Shown one piece after another: positions 1 to 8,400 of a DNA stretch of 32,000 nucleotides. Where the stretch lies: NCBI RefSeq assembly GCF_000025925.1, contig NC_014033.1, forward strand, positions 3,270,001-3,302,000. Direction: 5' to 3'. The position numbers and the translations under genes were made by a program. The notes beneath the pieces were generated by a model. It was not told where the DNA came from and did no database searches. It saw only the letters and a program-made list of their open reading frames with translations. The DNA comes from Xylanibacter ruminicola 23 (lineage in GTDB: Bacteria; Bacteroidota; Bacteroidia; Bacteroidales; Bacteroidaceae). Position 1 is the first letter of the stretch. Each line of letters opens with the position of its first letter.

Positions 1-2
1 GC

Positions 3-623
3 ACCGGTGCTGCAGGTTACACCCCCAACGGCAGTGAATGGAAGAAAGCCATTAGCGGATACCATTATGTATATTATGTGAGCGATCTTGATCCTGCAAC
101 TATTGTTTATCCAGAGATCAATACCGAGGAAGAGAAAGATGGTGAATACGCTGGAGTTCCTGCTTTCTGTACCATGGAAGAGGGTGAGCGCTGTGCTTTC
201 TTCGAGGCACCTGTCTCATGGGGTAGTCAGATATTTGTTTGGGCTTGGATGAACAATGGTGATGGCAAAGACTACCTTGGAACCGCCTGGCCTGGTGTTT
301 CTGCCACTAAATTAGGAACTGCCGATAATGGTAACAGCGTTTGGAAGTGGACTGTAACGGGTGCTGTTAATCCCGATAACATTATTTTTAGTGGTGGTGG
401 TATGCAGACGGAGAATATGAAATATACCAACGGCGGCTACTACTTTGGTAAAGACGGGTTGAAAGCCACTGTAACAGCCACGGCTATACGTCATATCGAT
501 ATGACAGGTCAGCCTGCCGAGCATGCCGTCTTCGATCTTCAGGGCCGACAGGTAGGCACCACCAAGAGTTCGCTGAAACCTGGGGTTTACATTATTAATA
601 AGCAGAAGTTCATAGTAAGATAG
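3..623 (+). CDS. 3' end of a secreted T9SS cargo protein, 5'-truncated by the window edge: starch-binding-type CBM-like module plus T9SS C-terminal sorting domain
   Basis: The frame is open from nt 3, with no stop before the GTG at 78 that the ORF track used. The stop is TAG at 621-623. The aromatic module FVWAWMNNGDG..GTAWPGVSA..VWKWTV resembles CBM25/26-type modules of secreted amylases. The tail AVFDLQGRQVGTTKSSLKPGVYIINKQKFIVR fits the Por secretion-tail (T9SS CTD) pattern. Confidence 0.7.
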   Translation, partial: TGAAGYTPNGSEWKKAISGYHYVYYVSDLDPATIVYPEINTEEEKDGEYAGVPAFCTMEEGERCAFFEAPVSWGSQIFVWAWMNNGDGKDYLGTAWPGVSATKLGTADNGNSVWKWTVTGAVNPDNIIFSGGGMQTENMKYTNGGYYFGKDGLKATVTATAIRHIDMTGQPAEHAVFDLQGRQVGTTKSSLKPGVYIINKQKFIVR

Positions 624-627
624 TTAG

Positions 628-1431
628 TTAGTATTTGAGAAACGTGCGGACGGCAAACCAACAGTGTAGTAGCAAGGTTTGCACGCGTCCGTAATGATGC
701 TCCATCACTCGGTATCGCTCCATGAGCGATTCGCGGTGGTGGAGTGTTGTTTGTCCCTCCTGGGTGTAGTTGGCCACTATCATGTGCAGGTTCAGCAGGG
801 GCACATTCTCTTTGGCGGCTGCTTTCATCACTCGGATACACCAGTCAACATCGGCCGAATAGCGATACTGCATGTCGTAAGGTGTGGCAATGGCATAATC
901 GGCACGGGCATAAAAAGCCTGATGGCATACCAGCATGCCCTGGCGGAACGATTTCCACGTAAGGTGTTCGGGTGGTGCCAGTCGGCGGTGGTGCAGGAAA
1001 TGCCCCTCGCCATCCACAATGTCGGTGTCGCCGTACGCAACTGCTGGCAGTTGCGAGGTGTTGGGTGATGGGTGGTTGGTGTCGGTGATTGCCAGCGCTA
1101 TGCGGGTGGCGATATCTGGTGCAGGCAGGAAATCGCCGGCATTCAGAAAACATACGTAATCGCCTGTGAGGCATCTCAGACCTTTGTTCATAGCATCGTA
1201 GATACCCTTGTCTGGCTCTGATATTACCTGTATCTGATGCCCGTTTTCGGCTGCATTCGATTGGGCAATGTAGTCGCTTACCAGTTTCAGCGTATCGTCA
1301 GTCGATGCACCATCAATAATCAGGTGCTCGATGTTGGGATAGTCCTGCTCAAGCACACTGTCGAGTGTACGTTTCAGCACCTTGGCTGCATTATAGGTAA
1401 TGGTAACGTATGTAATTCGTATCTCACTCAT
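628..1431 (-). CDS. Family 2 glycosyltransferase (GT-A fold)
   Basis: I trimmed ORF 628..1539 to the ATG at 1429-1431 (MSEIRITYVTITYNAAKVLKRTLDSVLEQDYPNIEHLIIDGASTDDT), which sits 1 nt after the upstream gene's stop at 1433-1435. The N-terminal nucleotide-sugar binding pattern and the FLNAGD region are typical of GT2. Confidence 0.8.
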   Translation of the reverse strand: MSEIRITYVTITYNAAKVLKRTLDSVLEQDYPNIEHLIIDGASTDDTLKLVSDYIAQSNAAENGHQIQVISEPDKGIYDAMNKGLRCLTGDYVCFLNAGDFLPAPDIATRIALAITDTNHPSPNTSQLPAVAYGDTDIVDGEGHFLHHRRLAPPEHLTWKSFRQGMLVCHQAFYARADYAIATPYDMQYRYSADVDWCIRVMKAAAKENVPLLNLHMIVANYTQEGQTTLHHRESLMERYRVMEHHYGRVQTLLLHCWFAVRTFLKY

Positions 1432-1432
1432 A

Positions 1433-2011
1433 TTATAATTCAATCTTACAGTTCTGTCCGTCTTTCTTAACGATGTAGGCGGGATTACCGACGACGGTGC
1501 AGTTGTCGGGTACGTTCTTGGATACCACGGCGCCGGCACCGATGGTTACATGGTTGCCGATGGTGATGCCGCCAAAAACGGTGGCGCCGGTAAATATCTT
1601 CACATCATCACCGATGATGGGACGCTGCATCTTGCCGTCGTTGCCTAATGTTACCAGCTGCAGACAATAGAAATTGCTACCTATACGCTCAGCATTCAGG
1701 TAGGTGGCGTAGTTGTGCTCAAAGTGGGCACCAGGTCCGATGCTTGGGCACCAGATGTGGAGCGTAGGATCGGGGGGAAGCATCCATTTGATGAATACCG
1801 ATACATACTCGCCCAAGCGGTAATAAAACAGGTTGCGGAACACCTTCTGACGGGTGCATACCTTGATAAAAGCACCAATGCCACAGCCGTCGGCAGAGTA
1901 CTTCTCTAAATCGGGGGCTATCTTGCTGCGATTCGCCATATATAATATGATATGTGGAATCATGCGCAGGGTTGAGGCCGATAGTATCACGGCTTGAGTC
2001 AATGGATTCAT
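1433..2011 (-). CDS. Hexapeptide-repeat (left-handed beta-helix) O-acetyltransferase, serine-acetyltransferase/WcaB-like
   Basis: The C-terminal hexapeptide repeats IGDDVKIFTGATVFGGITIGNHVTIGAGAVVSKNVPDNCTVVGNPA are present. The start ATG (2009-2011) overlaps the GT4 stop (2008-2010) as ATGA, which implies translational coupling. Confidence 0.75.
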   Translation of the reverse strand: MNPLTQAVILSASTLRMIPHIILYMANRSKIAPDLEKYSADGCGIGAFIKVCTRQKVFRNLFYYRLGEYVSVFIKWMLPPDPTLHIWCPSIGPGAHFEHNYATYLNAERIGSNFYCLQLVTLGNDGKMQRPIIGDDVKIFTGATVFGGITIGNHVTIGAGAVVSKNVPDNCTVVGNPAYIVKKDGQNCKIEL

Positions 2012-3282
2012 ATCTTGTAATGCTTGTAGGCCATAGCCTGATTATACACTTCGATATATCTCGAGGCCACACTGCGCTGCGAGTAGCTCATGTTAACCTG
2101 ATGTACGGCTTGCTGAGAGAGTTGTGCATAGTCGGTATTGCTAAGCACCCAGTTGATACCGGTTGCCAGATCGTCGGCATCGCGGAAACGGGCCACATAG
2201 CCATTCTTCTGATGGTCGATCATCTCTGGAATGCCGCCTACTCTGAATCCTACGCAGGGCACACCGCAGGCCATGGCTTCCATAATGGTGTTAGGCAGAT
2301 TGTCCTCAAGTGATGGCAGCACAAACACGTCGGCAGCATTGTAAACATCCACAATGCGTTTCTCGTCGTTTACATAGCCTAACGGATAAACGGGCAGTGC
2401 CAACTGGGGAGCTACATCCTCCGCGTGTCCGCCTAAGATGGCTATCACCATGTTCTCGCGTGCTTCTGGATGCTGTTCTGCCAAGCGGTTGATGGCATCG
2501 GTAAAGTAGGCCATACCTTTGCGGTCGTCGGTAACACGTTGCGATACAAACAGTATGATGCGCTTATCGGTTGGCAGCTCCAAACGCTGACGGGCCTGCT
2601 GCTTATCTTCGGGGTGATAGATATGCGTGTCGATGGGGTTGGGCACGCTGCAGATATGCTGTCCCTGTAGCAGGGCACTTTTCTTGGCCTCGCCTTCTAA
2701 CCACTTGCTGCAAGCCACAAACGATATGTGGTGCTCGCTCAGTAATTTCTGCTTTTGGTTCCAGATGGCGGTCGAAAGGTCGTTCGCCGAGCCGCCACCA
2801 GGCAACAGCTGGCATTGCTTGCAGGCCGTTTTAAAGTAGCCACAGCCACGGGTGTAATGACAGATACCGGTGGCTGGCCAGATGTCGTGCATGGTCCAAA
2901 CCACAGGTTTGCCGCTACGCAGTATCTTACGGATACTGTTGAGCGACAGCATGCCCTGATTAATCCAGTGCAGATGGATGATATCAGCCTCTTGGAATTC
3001 GCGCATGTTGGTGATGTCGGTTCCTGCATTGGCGATGTCGATCTCAAACAGGTGCTGCTTGCTGAAGTGCAGATGGCAGAACACCACCAGTCGCTCCCAT
3101 AGGAAATGCCAGCGCTTCATAGGCGACTTAGGGAGTTGGGCAACCGTCAGGGTATCCGATTCCTTATCGCGTACCAGCATCTTGGCTTTTACACCACTAT
3201 TATTAAGAGCCTTCATCAAGCGGTTGGCTGCTACAGCAGCCCCGCCTGTACGCTCGCTTGTATTTACTATGAGTATTTTCAT
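2008..3282 (-). CDS. Family 4 glycosyltransferase (GT-B fold, Glycos_transf_1 type)
   Basis: I trimmed ORF 2008..3393 to the ATG at 3280-3282 (MKILIVNTSERTGGAAVAANRLMKAL). The C-terminal region VFVLPSLEDNLPNTIMEAMACGVPCVGF is the retaining GT4-type E-x7-E region. Confidence 0.8.
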   Translation of the reverse strand: MKILIVNTSERTGGAAVAANRLMKALNNSGVKAKMLVRDKESDTLTVAQLPKSPMKRWHFLWERLVVFCHLHFSKQHLFEIDIANAGTDITNMREFQEADIIHLHWINQGMLSLNSIRKILRSGKPVVWTMHDIWPATGICHYTRGCGYFKTACKQCQLLPGGGSANDLSTAIWNQKQKLLSEHHISFVACSKWLEGEAKKSALLQGQHICSVPNPIDTHIYHPEDKQQARQRLELPTDKRIILFVSQRVTDDRKGMAYFTDAINRLAEQHPEARENMVIAILGGHAEDVAPQLALPVYPLGYVNDEKRIVDVYNAADVFVLPSLEDNLPNTIMEAMACGVPCVGFRVGGIPEMIDHQKNGYVARFRDADDLATGINWVLSNTDYAQLSQQAVHQVNMSYSQRSVASRYIEVYNQAMAYKHYKI

Positions 3283-3287
3283 GGGGA

Positions 3288-3319
3288 CAAAGGTACAATA
3301 AGTTTTTGTTAAAACCAAG
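3288..3319 (-). promoter_or_regulatory. Bacteroidetes sigma-A type promoter for the GT4 operon: -33 cTTG, 20-nt spacer, -7 TAccTTTG
   Basis: The minus strand reads cacTTGgttttaacaaaaacttattgTACCTTTGtccccATG. The -7 box (3288-3295) ends 5 nt before the ATG. Confidence 0.6.
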
Positions 3320-3410
3320 TGAAAATACGTAAATATATGTTGTGCCCGTGCACAAGACTTGATATAAATCAAGATTAGCGTGTAATTATACACTTAAAAC
3401 GCAGAAAAAC

Positions 3411-3441
3411 TTGTGAGATTCGAAAAAACGTCGTACCTTTG
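3411..3441 (+). promoter_or_regulatory. Orphan plus-strand promoter: -33 cTTG (3411-3413), 20-nt spacer, -7 TAccTTTG (3434-3441)
   Basis: The sequence cTTGtgagattcgaaaaaacgtcgTACCTTTGcaccc matches the Bacteroidetes TTTG / TAnnTTTG architecture. No plus-strand CDS follows it. Confidence 0.55.
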
Positions 3442-3446
3442 CACCC

Positions 3447-3618
3447 GTCAAAAGGTTAATAGATTAGATTGTTTTAGGTTAGTAGTAATATTTATAGTTT
3501 TAGGTTTTTAGTTATTGGTAAAAGAAAGTTTTCAACAGTGGGATAACTGGAGGTCGCTGTGAAGCTCCCTTTTAAACTTTCAAATTTTTGGCCCTTGTGG
3601 GCTGAAAATTTCTTTTTT
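3447..3618 (+). ncRNA. Candidate small non-coding RNA of about 170 nt, defined only by a promoter-to-terminator unit; family not recognised
   Basis: The unit is bounded by the promoter at 3411-3441 and the terminator at 3583-3618. There is no ATG-initiated ORF. The 5' half is AU-rich with the direct repeat gttttaggtt at 3471-3480 and 3497-3506. The 3' half can form an 8-bp stem, GAAAGTTT (3524-3531) with AAACTTTC (3574-3581), enclosing a GGGA..TCCC hairpin. Confidence 0.35.
3583..3618 (+). terminator. Rho-independent terminator (T1)
   Basis: A 12-bp stem AATTTTTGGCCC / GGGCTGAAAATT (two G-U pairs) with loop TTGT is followed by TCTTTTTT. Confidence 0.6.
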
Positions 3619-3653
3619 ATACGAAAAGGATTTTTAGTTAAACATAGGCTTTT

Positions 3654-3694
3654 GTGATGCCACAGCTCGTGAGGGTTGTGGCATCACTCTTTTT
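3654..3694 (+). terminator. Rho-independent terminator (T2); the hairpin also lies directly 3' of the convergent ispF
   Basis: A perfect 11-bp stem GTGATGCCACA / TGTGGCATCAC with a 12-nt loop is followed by TCTTTTT on the plus strand. On the minus strand the hairpin starts 6 nt after the ispF stop but has no U-tract. Confidence 0.6.
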
Positions 3695-4172
3695 ATGCCT
3701 TTTCAATCAGCACCACAGCATAAGCCGAGATACCTTCTTCGCGACCGGTAAAGCCCAGTTTCTCGGTAGTGGTAGCTTTGATAGAGATATCATCTTCGTC
3801 GCAGCCAATCACCTGGGCCATGCAGGCTTTCATTTCGGGGATGTATGGGTTCATCTTTGGGCGCTCGGCGCAGATAGTGGCATCAATGTTCACCAGCTTA
3901 TAACCTTTGGTAGTTATCAGCTCGATGGTCTTCTTCAAGATAACCTTACTGTCCATACCGTCGGTAAACTCAGCGGTATCGGGGAAGTGGTAGCCGATAT
4001 CACGCATGTTGGCAGCGCCCAGCAGCGCATCGCACACGGCATGCAGCAGCACGTCGGCATCGCTGTGACCTAACAATCCCTTACTATGTTCTAACTTAAT
4101 GCCGCCCATCCAAAGGTCGCGGCCTTCTACTAACTGATGGACATCAAAGCCCATACCAACTCTAATCTTCAT
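3693..4172 (-). CDS. ispF: 2-C-methyl-D-erythritol 2,4-cyclodiphosphate synthase
   Basis: The 159-aa product carries GMGFDVHQL..GHSDADVLLHAVCDALLGA..DIG..FPDT..KG..S and the ATTTEKLGFTGR motifs, which are diagnostic of IspF. Confidence 0.95.
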   Translation of the reverse strand: MKIRVGMGFDVHQLVEGRDLWMGGIKLEHSKGLLGHSDADVLLHAVCDALLGAANMRDIGYHFPDTAEFTDGMDSKVILKKTIELITTKGYKLVNIDATICAERPKMNPYIPEMKACMAQVIGCDEDDISIKATTTEKLGFTGREEGISAYAVVLIEKA

Positions 4173-4182
4173 ATTCTAAATA

Positions 4183-4217
4183 TTTAATGTTTAATCTTTA
4201 ATGTTTAATCTTTAATG
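4183..4217. repeat. Tandem heptamer repeat (TTTAATG/TTTAATC) x5 filling the porV-ispF spacer
   Basis: I counted units at 4183, 4190, 4197, 4204 and 4211. The last unit supplies the porV terminal His codon and the TAA stop. Confidence 0.9.
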
Positions 4218-5387
4218 TCTGAACAGGTCCTTAATTCCGTCCATATCAAACGTCAGCGAGAAACGCAGTGTCTGGTCGAGTGGGTTGCTGCGTGCTGTTG
4301 ATATCACGTAGCCCACATCCAGCGAAAACACGTTCATCTTAAAGCCGCCACCCACGGTAAAATATTTCAGGTTACCTTTCGACTCGGCCTGATGGTGGTA
4401 GCCGGCACGCAGCGAAAACTGATCGTGGTACACGTACTCGGCACCTACGCTCCATTGTATCTCCTTCAACTCTTCGCTCAGTCCGCCAGGGGCATCGCCA
4501 AAACTCTTGAAGATACCGCTGATGGCACTGATGTCGCTATACTCGCGGCGCACGCGGTCCTGGTAGTCGCTGTTCGATTCGCCCTCTTCCTGTCGGGGCA
4601 CGGTGGGCACCAGCAGTTTGTTGGCGTCGGCGGCTATCGAAAAGCGGTTGTACTCGTCGATGGGCACCATGAGCGAGGCACCAAGGCGCAGGTTGGCGGG
4701 CAGGAACTGACTCTCATCGTCGCCGTAGTAACTAATCTTACTACCTATGTTCGACATGTTTAATCCAATGCCCAACTGGCACTCTCTGCTGCCCAGCATC
4801 ACGTAGTTGTTATAGTACATCGCCAGGTCGGCAGCAAAGGCCGAGGCGGGTTTCGAGTCTTCGCTGTAGTCGTAGCGTAGGTCGCTGTATATCCAACGGA
4901 TAGCGGCAGCCAACGAGAACTTCTCGCTCAGCATCATCGAATAAGCCACATCAAACGACATCTCGTAGGGTTTAACTGTCATGCCATCGTTGGCAAACAC
5001 CTCGCCAAGCGAGAAATAGCGCAGCGAACCGCTGACGGCCGAATAGTCGCCAATGCGGTAGTAGCCTGCCAGATAGGCCAGGTCGATATCGTTTACCAAC
5101 TGGCGCAGCCATGGGGTATAGTTCAGGGCGATACCTGCACGACTGATACAGAAGGGGTATTTGGCGGGGTTCCAATACTGTGAGTTCACGTCGGGATCAG
5201 TAGCCGCACCCACATCACCCATACCGGCGCCACGGGCATCGGGGGCAATCGTCTGCGATATCACGGCATGCTCTACGGGGTTGAACATCGCGTTCTTCTC
5301 GTCCTGCGCCGAAGCAGAGAAAAGTGAATAGTGAATAGTGAATAGTGTCACCATCACCCACCTTAGTATACGTCCTTTATCTTCCAT
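4212..5387 (-). CDS. porV: T9SS outer-membrane shuttle/channel protein PorV (LptO family)
   Basis: The 391-aa product starts at the ATG at 5385-5387 (MEDKGRILRWVMVTLF...SASA/QD signal peptide). The ORF-track start at 5411 is a TTG inside a repeat. It has an OM beta-barrel alternating pattern, a size matching PorV, and it lies immediately downstream of porU, which is the conserved porU-porV synteny. Confidence 0.75.
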   Translation of the reverse strand: MEDKGRILRWVMVTLFTIHYSLFSASAQDEKNAMFNPVEHAVISQTIAPDARGAGMGDVGAATDPDVNSQYWNPAKYPFCISRAGIALNYTPWLRQLVNDIDLAYLAGYYRIGDYSAVSGSLRYFSLGEVFANDGMTVKPYEMSFDVAYSMMLSEKFSLAAAIRWIYSDLRYDYSEDSKPASAFAADLAMYYNNYVMLGSRECQLGIGLNMSNIGSKISYYGDDESQFLPANLRLGASLMVPIDEYNRFSIAADANKLLVPTVPRQEEGESNSDYQDRVRREYSDISAISGIFKSFGDAPGGLSEELKEIQWSVGAEYVYHDQFSLRAGYHHQAESKGNLKYFTVGGGFKMNVFSLDVGYVISTARSNPLDQTLRFSLTFDMDGIKDLFRH

Positions 5388-5391
5388 ATTC

Positions 5392-5455
5392 TTCAATTTT
5401 TCAATGTTCAATCTTTAATGTTTAATGTTTAATCTTTAATGTTTAATGTTTAATC
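5392..5455. repeat. Tandem heptamer repeat (TTYAATS) x8, plus one degenerate unit, filling the porU-porV spacer
   Basis: The units at 5400-5455 are ttcaatg, ttcaatc, tttaatg, tttaatg, tttaatc, tttaatg, tttaatg, tttaatc. The last two units encode porU's final codons (I-K-H) and its stop. Confidence 0.9.
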
Positions 5456-8400
5456 AACACTTTCACCGTTTTGCTATCGCCATCGTTCAGGGTTAGGCGG
5501 CACAGGTACAGACCTGTGTGTAGTCGGCTGCCGCCTGCTACGTTCAGGTTCCAGTCTATCGTAACGGTGTCGTTAGTTGCCATTACAGTATCGGTCTGTC
5601 GCCAAAGCTGTCTGCCACCCAAGTCAAACACATCCAGTGTTACCTTCAGTTCGCTGCCAGGACGGTCGTGGGTAATCACAAACTGGGTGTTGGTGCTGGC
5701 TGGGTTCTGCGTGCAGGTAACGTTGAATTCGCCTGAACCCGCATCCTCGCTCACCTCGAATAGCAGTTCAGTGGTGGTCGAGTTGTTCAGAATGTCCCAA
5801 GCTCTGAACAGCAGCTTATGGGTGCCGATGCTCAGTTGGGGTATGCTAAAGCCGATGCTACCACTGCGGTAGTCGCCAAAGTCGTACTCAAAATAGTTGT
5901 TCAGGTTGTAAGTCTGGTTCATGTCGCCGTCGATAATCAGCTCCAGGTCGTGACCGATGCTGCTACCCGAAGCGTTGATACCGCTGTCGTCGTAGAGTTC
6001 GGCTATAAAGTAAGGCGTGGTGTTTACCTTGCCGCCGTTCTTAAAGTTTTTCGAGTTCAGGTAGCAGTAAACCGATGGACCGATGGAATCTGTCAGTGCC
6101 GTGCTACTGCCTATTAGCTCAAAGCTCTCGTTCTCGCCGTGGGCCGAGCGCGTCTTATCGGCATTAATGGCATAGAGCGTCATCAAGCCGCTGCCGTCGG
6201 TATAACTGATATCCTTGGGGATAGCGAAAGTGAAGTGGAAAACACCTTCGGTTACGTTCTCCGAACCGCGATACAGATAGTTGGTACGGTCCTGATACAC
6301 AAAAGCTTTGTCGGCTCCAGTGCTCGATCGGTCGTTCAATCGGCAGGTGATGGTTTCTTCGGCGTCACGTACCGACAGGGTCACGATACCGTTAAAGTCA
6401 GTGTCGGTCTCGTTGTTCAGTTCTACATGACCGGTTATCTTTACGATCGAACCTGCTGCCAGTTTAATGCCCTGGGTAGCAGGCATACCGTTAATACTAT
6501 CTACCACCATTTTTTGTCGGGGCGTGTTCAGCTGTAGGGCTGGGTCGCCTAACAGGGTGTATTGCAGTTTGTTGCAGGTCAGGTCGCTGCTTTTCTCTAC
6601 CAGTTCGCACTTGGCCAGGCGTACGGCCTCACCGATAGCCATGCCTGGGGTAAGCACATGCTTGGTAAAGGCCAGGTTCATCACCTCGTTATAGGTGGCA
6701 TATACGGTGCGGGTGGTGCCAAAAAAGGCAATGCCGCCGCCTTTACTGTTCAGCATCACGGTCTCGCCGATATTCTCTTCCTGTCCGTCGAAGGGCATGA
6801 TGTCGCACGAGGCTGTCATCCACAGTGGCAGGTAGTTGCTCTGCTGACTTTCAAAGTCGGTTAGCTTCATCACCAGCTCATGACTCATGGCATAGGCTGC
6901 ACCATGTCCGCAGTAGTTCATCATCAGCGCGCCGTTCTGCAGTTGCTGCTTAATCAGTCGGGTTACGTCAGGGTAGCTATAGCCCGTGCTCGACGAGGTG
7001 CGCTGGTAGGCATCCCAGTAAATCTTATCTACATTGTAGTTGGGGTAGGTGTTCTCTATCATCGTGGCCACCTTGTCGGCGGTCTTCATGTGTGAGTTGT
7101 CGTTGCCGTCGTCGCCCATCATGCATATCTCGTTCTGCCAAGGACCGGCATATTCGTTCTGGGCGTAGCTGATAATCTTATCCACCAGTGTCTTTGCCTC
7201 GTCTGGGGTGCGGGCTGGCAGACGACCAACAGCTACATCGGGCTTGCCGGCATAGGTGGTGCTGTTGCCGTTAGTGGTTTGTATCACCTCTTCGTCATCC
7301 AACAGACAGAAGAAATCGTCGCTGACGTAGCAGTTTACCTGACTGAACGAGTTCTCGCTCTCGTAGCACAGCAGATAGTCGTCGGGATTATAGCCGCTCC
7401 ACTCGCTGGTGAGCATGCGGTTGTCCCAAGCGCCATCGCCAAACAGCAGCAGGTAACGGGGCTTATCGTTTGGTGTGGTGGCACGGTCGTACAGCATCTT
7501 CAGATAGCGGCGGTAGGCAGTGGCATCGGGGGTGCCGCTGCTGAACTCATTATACAGCTCGTCGGCAGGTACGATGGTTACACGCAGTCCGTCGTGCTGC
7601 TCATGGTGGGCTTTCAGGCGTTCGGCCTGTGCCAACAGGTGTTGACTGGTGGGGATGATAATCACCATATCGGTGGCGGCATCGGCATGGTGATCCTGAT
7701 TGGTGATGCGATACACGTAGGTGGGCTCGCCGATGGTGATGGGCGCAGGCTCTGCGTGTTGCAAGTCGATGTAGTCCAACCGCAGGTTGCCGCCTGCGGT
7801 CTGGGTAATGCTGATGGTGTTCTCGGCCTTCAGGTTCTGCAGGTCGTACTGCCACAGCTGCTCGTCGGCCTTGGTATAGCTGTCTAATGTGATTTTCTTA
7901 CTGATGGTGGCTATCACCGAATCGTTTACGCTGATGGTTGCCTCGTAGTCGGCATCGGCTGTAAGGGCTATGCCTATACGCCCTGTGCTGCCTGTGCCCT
8001 TCAGCTTGTAAGTCTGTGGTGTGCCGATGGTGTAGAGTGTTTTATCAAACAGGTTGCGCCCGCCGTGGTACCAGGCATAGTTATCCACCTCGTACAGCTG
8101 GTGGTAATCATGGTTGGCGGGGTAGTGCTGGCCAACTAAGGTGGCGCTGTCGGTAGTCAGCGGCTCGTCCTCACTCTCGGTCAGGAAGTAATAACCGTAA
8201 TCAGCATAAGGGTTACGCGTGCGCGCAAGCGATTCCTTATTATTCCAGTTAACCGGCCCCACGCCATAGAATACCCGCTTACCGTTCATGGTGCAGGTGG
8301 GCAGCTCTTTCAGGTCGTCGGTAGCCGTCAGGTAATCGCCTGTCAGGCGTTCGGGTTGCAGCGCGCCGCCATAGCCGTATATTTTTACTTTACTGGCATC

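Noticed and set aside
646-692. A hairpin, GCGGACGGCAAACC ... GGTTTGCacgcGTCCG, just after the cargo-gene stop, as a terminator for the convergent gene pair separated by only 4 nt (623/628).
   Set aside because: It is imperfect (internal loop), lacks a U-tract on either strand and lies inside the GT2 coding sequence. I cannot support it as a terminator. The absence of any intergenic terminator here remains an oddity.
628-1539. N-terminal extensions of track ORFs: 628..1539, 2008..3393, 4212..5411, 13108..14031, 20140..24234, 24240..26276 and 27784..29886.
   Set aside because: The extensions overlap the upstream gene or a promoter box, start at TTG in two cases, and lack signal-peptide logic. 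Internal ATGs give canonical N-termini (signal peptides, or MKILIV.. for the GT4) and sit downstream of TAnnTTTG boxes.
5392-5455. Possibility that the short tandem repeats are a CRISPR array or minisatellite-type mobile element.
   Set aside because: The units are 7-8 nt and contiguous with no spacers. There are no cas genes, terminal inverted repeats or target-site duplications.
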